Origin: a virus
Length of the DNA: 32,719 nucleotides
IMG/VR virus record: IMGVR_UViG_3300025127_000007
Span: 1-32,719 of that record
Reading direction: 5' to 3' (one strand)
Of this stretch, positions 30,695-32,719 are shown in pieces. The notes beneath the pieces are model-generated. The model was not told where the DNA came from, did not search any database, and saw only the letters and a list, made by a program, of their open reading frames with translations. The first letter of the stretch is position 1; each line of letters opens with the position of its first letter. Position numbers and translations under genes: made by a program.

Positions 30695-31291
30695 CTAGAA
30701 CCTTATATTTATAAACTCATCTGCCCGTATTTGGTCTGGGAATCCTTCCATAGCATCCATGCTACGCGCTTCTTTTAGCCGTGCGTCATACAGCGCAACC
30801 ATAGCCTGTGCCACACTGTTACTGCCTGTGATTGCATAGGCTGTCTCAGAGGCCAGACGATGCGCTATCGTAGATGAAAGCAGACTGTCAAACTGTTCTG
30901 GGTCAGTGACCCTAGATATATAGATAATCTTGCATGTGCTTTCGTTGCTTAGAACCCTGCGCCCCTCAATCTTGAACATGATGTTGCTATCATATGCGGA
31001 TAGCTCATTGTCTACGTTTGTATTCCAAAACGACAACACGCGCAGACAAAACGGATCTGAAGGTAAGTTATATTGAAAGTTGAAGCCAAAAGCTGGCGCA
31101 TCACTGTTTTGTGCAAGCGTTGCTCTTGTGATCGCGCAGTTCCAAGGATGCGCACGCAACACTGAGTCTCTTACAGTTTCAAACCTGCGGTTACACAATC
31201 TTGCTTCTTTAGAGTTTTCTGTGAGGGCAGTGATAGTTGCGGCACCCAACAAATCCATTGCCTCGTTACAAATATCCACAACCGATGGCAT
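30695..31291 (-). CDS. Tail tubular protein A-like (adaptor/gatekeeper)
   Basis: 198 aa (T7 gp11 is of similar size). ICNEAMDLLGAATITALTENSKEARLCNRRFETVRDSVLRAHPWNCA matches the conserved N-terminal pattern of this family. Confidence 0.6.
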   Translation of the reverse strand: MPSVVDICNEAMDLLGAATITALTENSKEARLCNRRFETVRDSVLRAHPWNCAITRATLAQNSDAPAFGFNFQYNLPSDPFCLRVLSFWNTNVDNELSAYDSNIMFKIEGRRVLSNESTCKIIYISRVTDPEQFDSLLSSTIAHRLASETAYAITGSNSVAQAMVALYDARLKEARSMDAMEGFPDQIRADEFINIRF

Positions 31292-31299
31292 GTCACCCT

Positions 31300-31328
31300 C
31301 CAGAGAAGAAGGGGCGTTGCCGCCCCCT
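31300..31328 (-). terminator. Intra-operon hairpin (attenuator or partial terminator) between the head and tail genes
   Basis: On the - strand: GGGGCG gcaa CGCCCC (31326..31311), followed by ttcttctct. Confidence 0.45.
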
Positions 31329-31335
31329 CTGTTGT

Positions 31336-31845
31336 TTAGTTGACAACGTACTCAATCACGAATGAAAGATCACCTGCCGTATCACCTGCCGCATCGAACA
31401 AAAGGCCGATGAAAAGGTAGCCACCTGGATCTGATGACTGCCCTGCATCTTCCCATATTCGTTGACCAAGCAGGTTGATGTTACGCGCTTCAAACGTGAC
31501 ATCAGTACCAACACCACCTACAGCACCGCGTAGGTCAGTGATTGCAGATGCGTAGGCATCATCATCAAGCGCGGTAAATGTACCGTCACTCTCTGAATAA
31601 ATGCCAACATCGCAAGTGTTGGTTGTGCCAGAGTCGAGGTCATCATTGAAAAGTTTGATGCTCACGATCCCTGCGTTTGAAGGAATAGGCGCAAGCATCA
31701 CTGTGTCTGTTGCTGAAAGATCTCCAGCAGCCAGTGCGATTGTACCCATTGCAACCCGCTTAGTGCCATGCAGAGTCCTAGATGGTGATGCCACCTGGGG
31801 CAGTGCTAGCAAGTTGGATACGAGAGTCGTATTTACATTAGCCAT
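31336..31845 (-). CDS. Virion structural protein directly after the capsid gene (possible decoration/cement protein)
   Basis: 169 aa, beta-rich, 14 nt downstream of the capsid stop; a positional inference. Confidence 0.5.
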   Translation of the reverse strand: MANVNTTLVSNLLALPQVASPSRTLHGTKRVAMGTIALAAGDLSATDTVMLAPIPSNAGIVSIKLFNDDLDSGTTNTCDVGIYSESDGTFTALDDDAYASAITDLRGAVGGVGTDVTFEARNINLLGQRIWEDAGQSSDPGGYLFIGLLFDAAGDTAGDLSFVIEYVVN

Positions 31846-31859
31846 TTTCTACTCCTCTC

Positions 31860-32719
31860 TTAGTCTGGGGTTTCATCACAGAAGATTTGAACAACCTTTG
31901 ACTCTTCCATGCGCACCGCTCCGATGCTCATGCAATAGTAAACTTGGGTTGCATATCCCTTGTCAGCACGTTCATCAATGCGTGCAGCAATGTCTTTACC
32001 GACACCAAGGGTCAAACCATCCTCAGCCCATGCAAAGCATGTTCTGATGTCGTTGCTGTCTACAGACAACCTATTGGTCATGATGAACTGGAAGCCCATA
32101 AAGGTATCCACATCACCCTGTACCAGAGCTTTGACTGTGTTGAAATCCGAGCTAGTAACCTGTGTTGTGCCAAGCAAATCTTCAATCTGCTTTGGCCCTA
32201 CAGCAATGTAGCGTGGGATTGATGGGTCAACATCATTGAGGTCCATCTTACGCTTTGCTTCTGTGAGCTTGGCGATAGTCAGGCCATCGTTTGATGAGGA
32301 TGAACCAACAGAGTTGGCTGTTGCATCCAGTGTTGCACTGCCAGATCCAGTCTCACCAGTAGAGGCTGTGCCTGTGGCGGCAGTAATAATCACATCGTCC
32401 ATCGCACGACCCATAGCAGCGGCTGCTGCCTGTGCATAAGATGATGTTGGATCAATAAGCATACGCACTTTGTCCTGATCGTCGATCAGATCTGCATACT
32501 CATAATCCGCTAGGGAAAGACGCCGCCTCGCATGAGGTGTGTCCATTTGTGGTGTATCGGCGTGACGGCTGCTACGCAGGGCAGCAGTTGCGACTCCGAT
32601 TTGGTCTATGAAGGCATTTTTACCAACAACATTCTCAATTCGCACCGCATCACGCAGACGAGAACCCATCTGCTGTGATAGCATCTGCACGTTTGCAGAA
32701 TACTGTTGCACAAATGCCG
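31860..32719 (-). CDS. Major capsid protein, body and 3' end (5' end runs off the window; true start is at 146 after circularisation)
   Basis: 283 aa in the track (GTG read as M). The pattern ...GKNAFIDQIG...HARRRLSLADYEYADLIDDQDKVRMLIDP...MGRAMDDVII parallels the layout of T7 gp10-type HK97-fold capsid proteins; follows the scaffold gene. Confidence 0.8.
   Translation of the reverse strand, partial: AFVQQYSANVQMLSQQMGSRLRDAVRIENVVGKNAFIDQIGVATAALRSSRHADTPQMDTPHARRRLSLADYEYADLIDDQDKVRMLIDPTSSYAQAAAAAMGRAMDDVIITAATGTASTGETGSGSATLDATANSVGSSSSNDGLTIAKLTEAKRKMDLNDVDPSIPRYIAVGPKQIEDLLGTTQVTSSDFNTVKALVQGDVDTFMGFQFIMTNRLSVDSNDIRTCFAWAEDGLTLGVGKDIAARIDERADKGYATQVYYCMSIGAVRMEESKVVQIFCDETPD
32593..32719. 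repeat. Terminal direct repeat, copy 2 (exact duplicate of 1..127)
   Basis: Same 127-nt string as 1..127. Confidence 0.97.

Noticed and set aside
1-32719. Search for tRNA/tmRNA genes, CRISPR arrays, integrase or transposase genes, and known defence-system gene sets
   Set aside because: I saw no cloverleaf-like conserved tRNA elements in the few intergenic gaps. There are no regularly spaced direct repeats with spacers. No ORF has tyrosine or serine recombinase or DDE motifs. Nearly all sequence is accounted for by phage genes, though this is by-eye inspection only.

Overview
This window is a complete, tightly packed dsDNA phage genome with podovirus-like, T7-type structural gene order. It was linearised inside its major capsid gene: bases 1..127 and 32593..32719 are identical, so the unique length is 32,592 bp.

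Two divergent gene blocks leave a control region at about 6057..6386.

(1) Rightward early/middle block, 6387..13155 on the + strand. It holds about 22 small genes, the largest 284 aa. They include a papain-like Cys-peptidase/zinc-ribbon protein, Cro-like and other HTH/winged-helix regulators, and a probable recombination set: a YqaJ-like exonuclease, a putative annealing protein, and a small protein ending in the SSB tip DDDIPF. A three-gene cassette on the opposite strand (8724..9541) interrupts the block. It encodes an HTH regulator, a DnaJ-type zinc-finger protein and a PD-(D/E)XK resolvase-like nuclease.

(2) Leftward late block on the - strand, 6056 down to 1, then continuing 32592 down to 13164. 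In transcription order it encodes:
- terS and terL
- three unusual genes, including an HlyC/TAAT-like acyltransferase
- portal, scaffold and capsid
- tail tubular A/B-like proteins
- a GNAT-fold protein and four large internal/ejection-type proteins
- a tail fibre and a triplicated family of small fibre-like proteins
- membrane/lysis proteins, then an M15 endolysin embedded in an array of six tiny polycationic proteins

I found no tRNA, rRNA, CRISPR array, integrase, transposase, DNA polymerase or RNA polymerase.

All product calls rest on motif-level recognition and gene order read by eye. No database search was run.

The most interesting items are:
- the TAAT-like acyltransferase inside the head-morphogenesis module
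- the early peptidase-like protein ending in a QLNLF clamp-binding-type motif
- the polycationic micro-protein array around the endolysin
- the tandem triplet of fibre-like paralogues
- a perfect 14-aa x3 peptide repeat that is synonymously recoded at the DNA level
- clustered ACAATGT motifs in two regulatory regions
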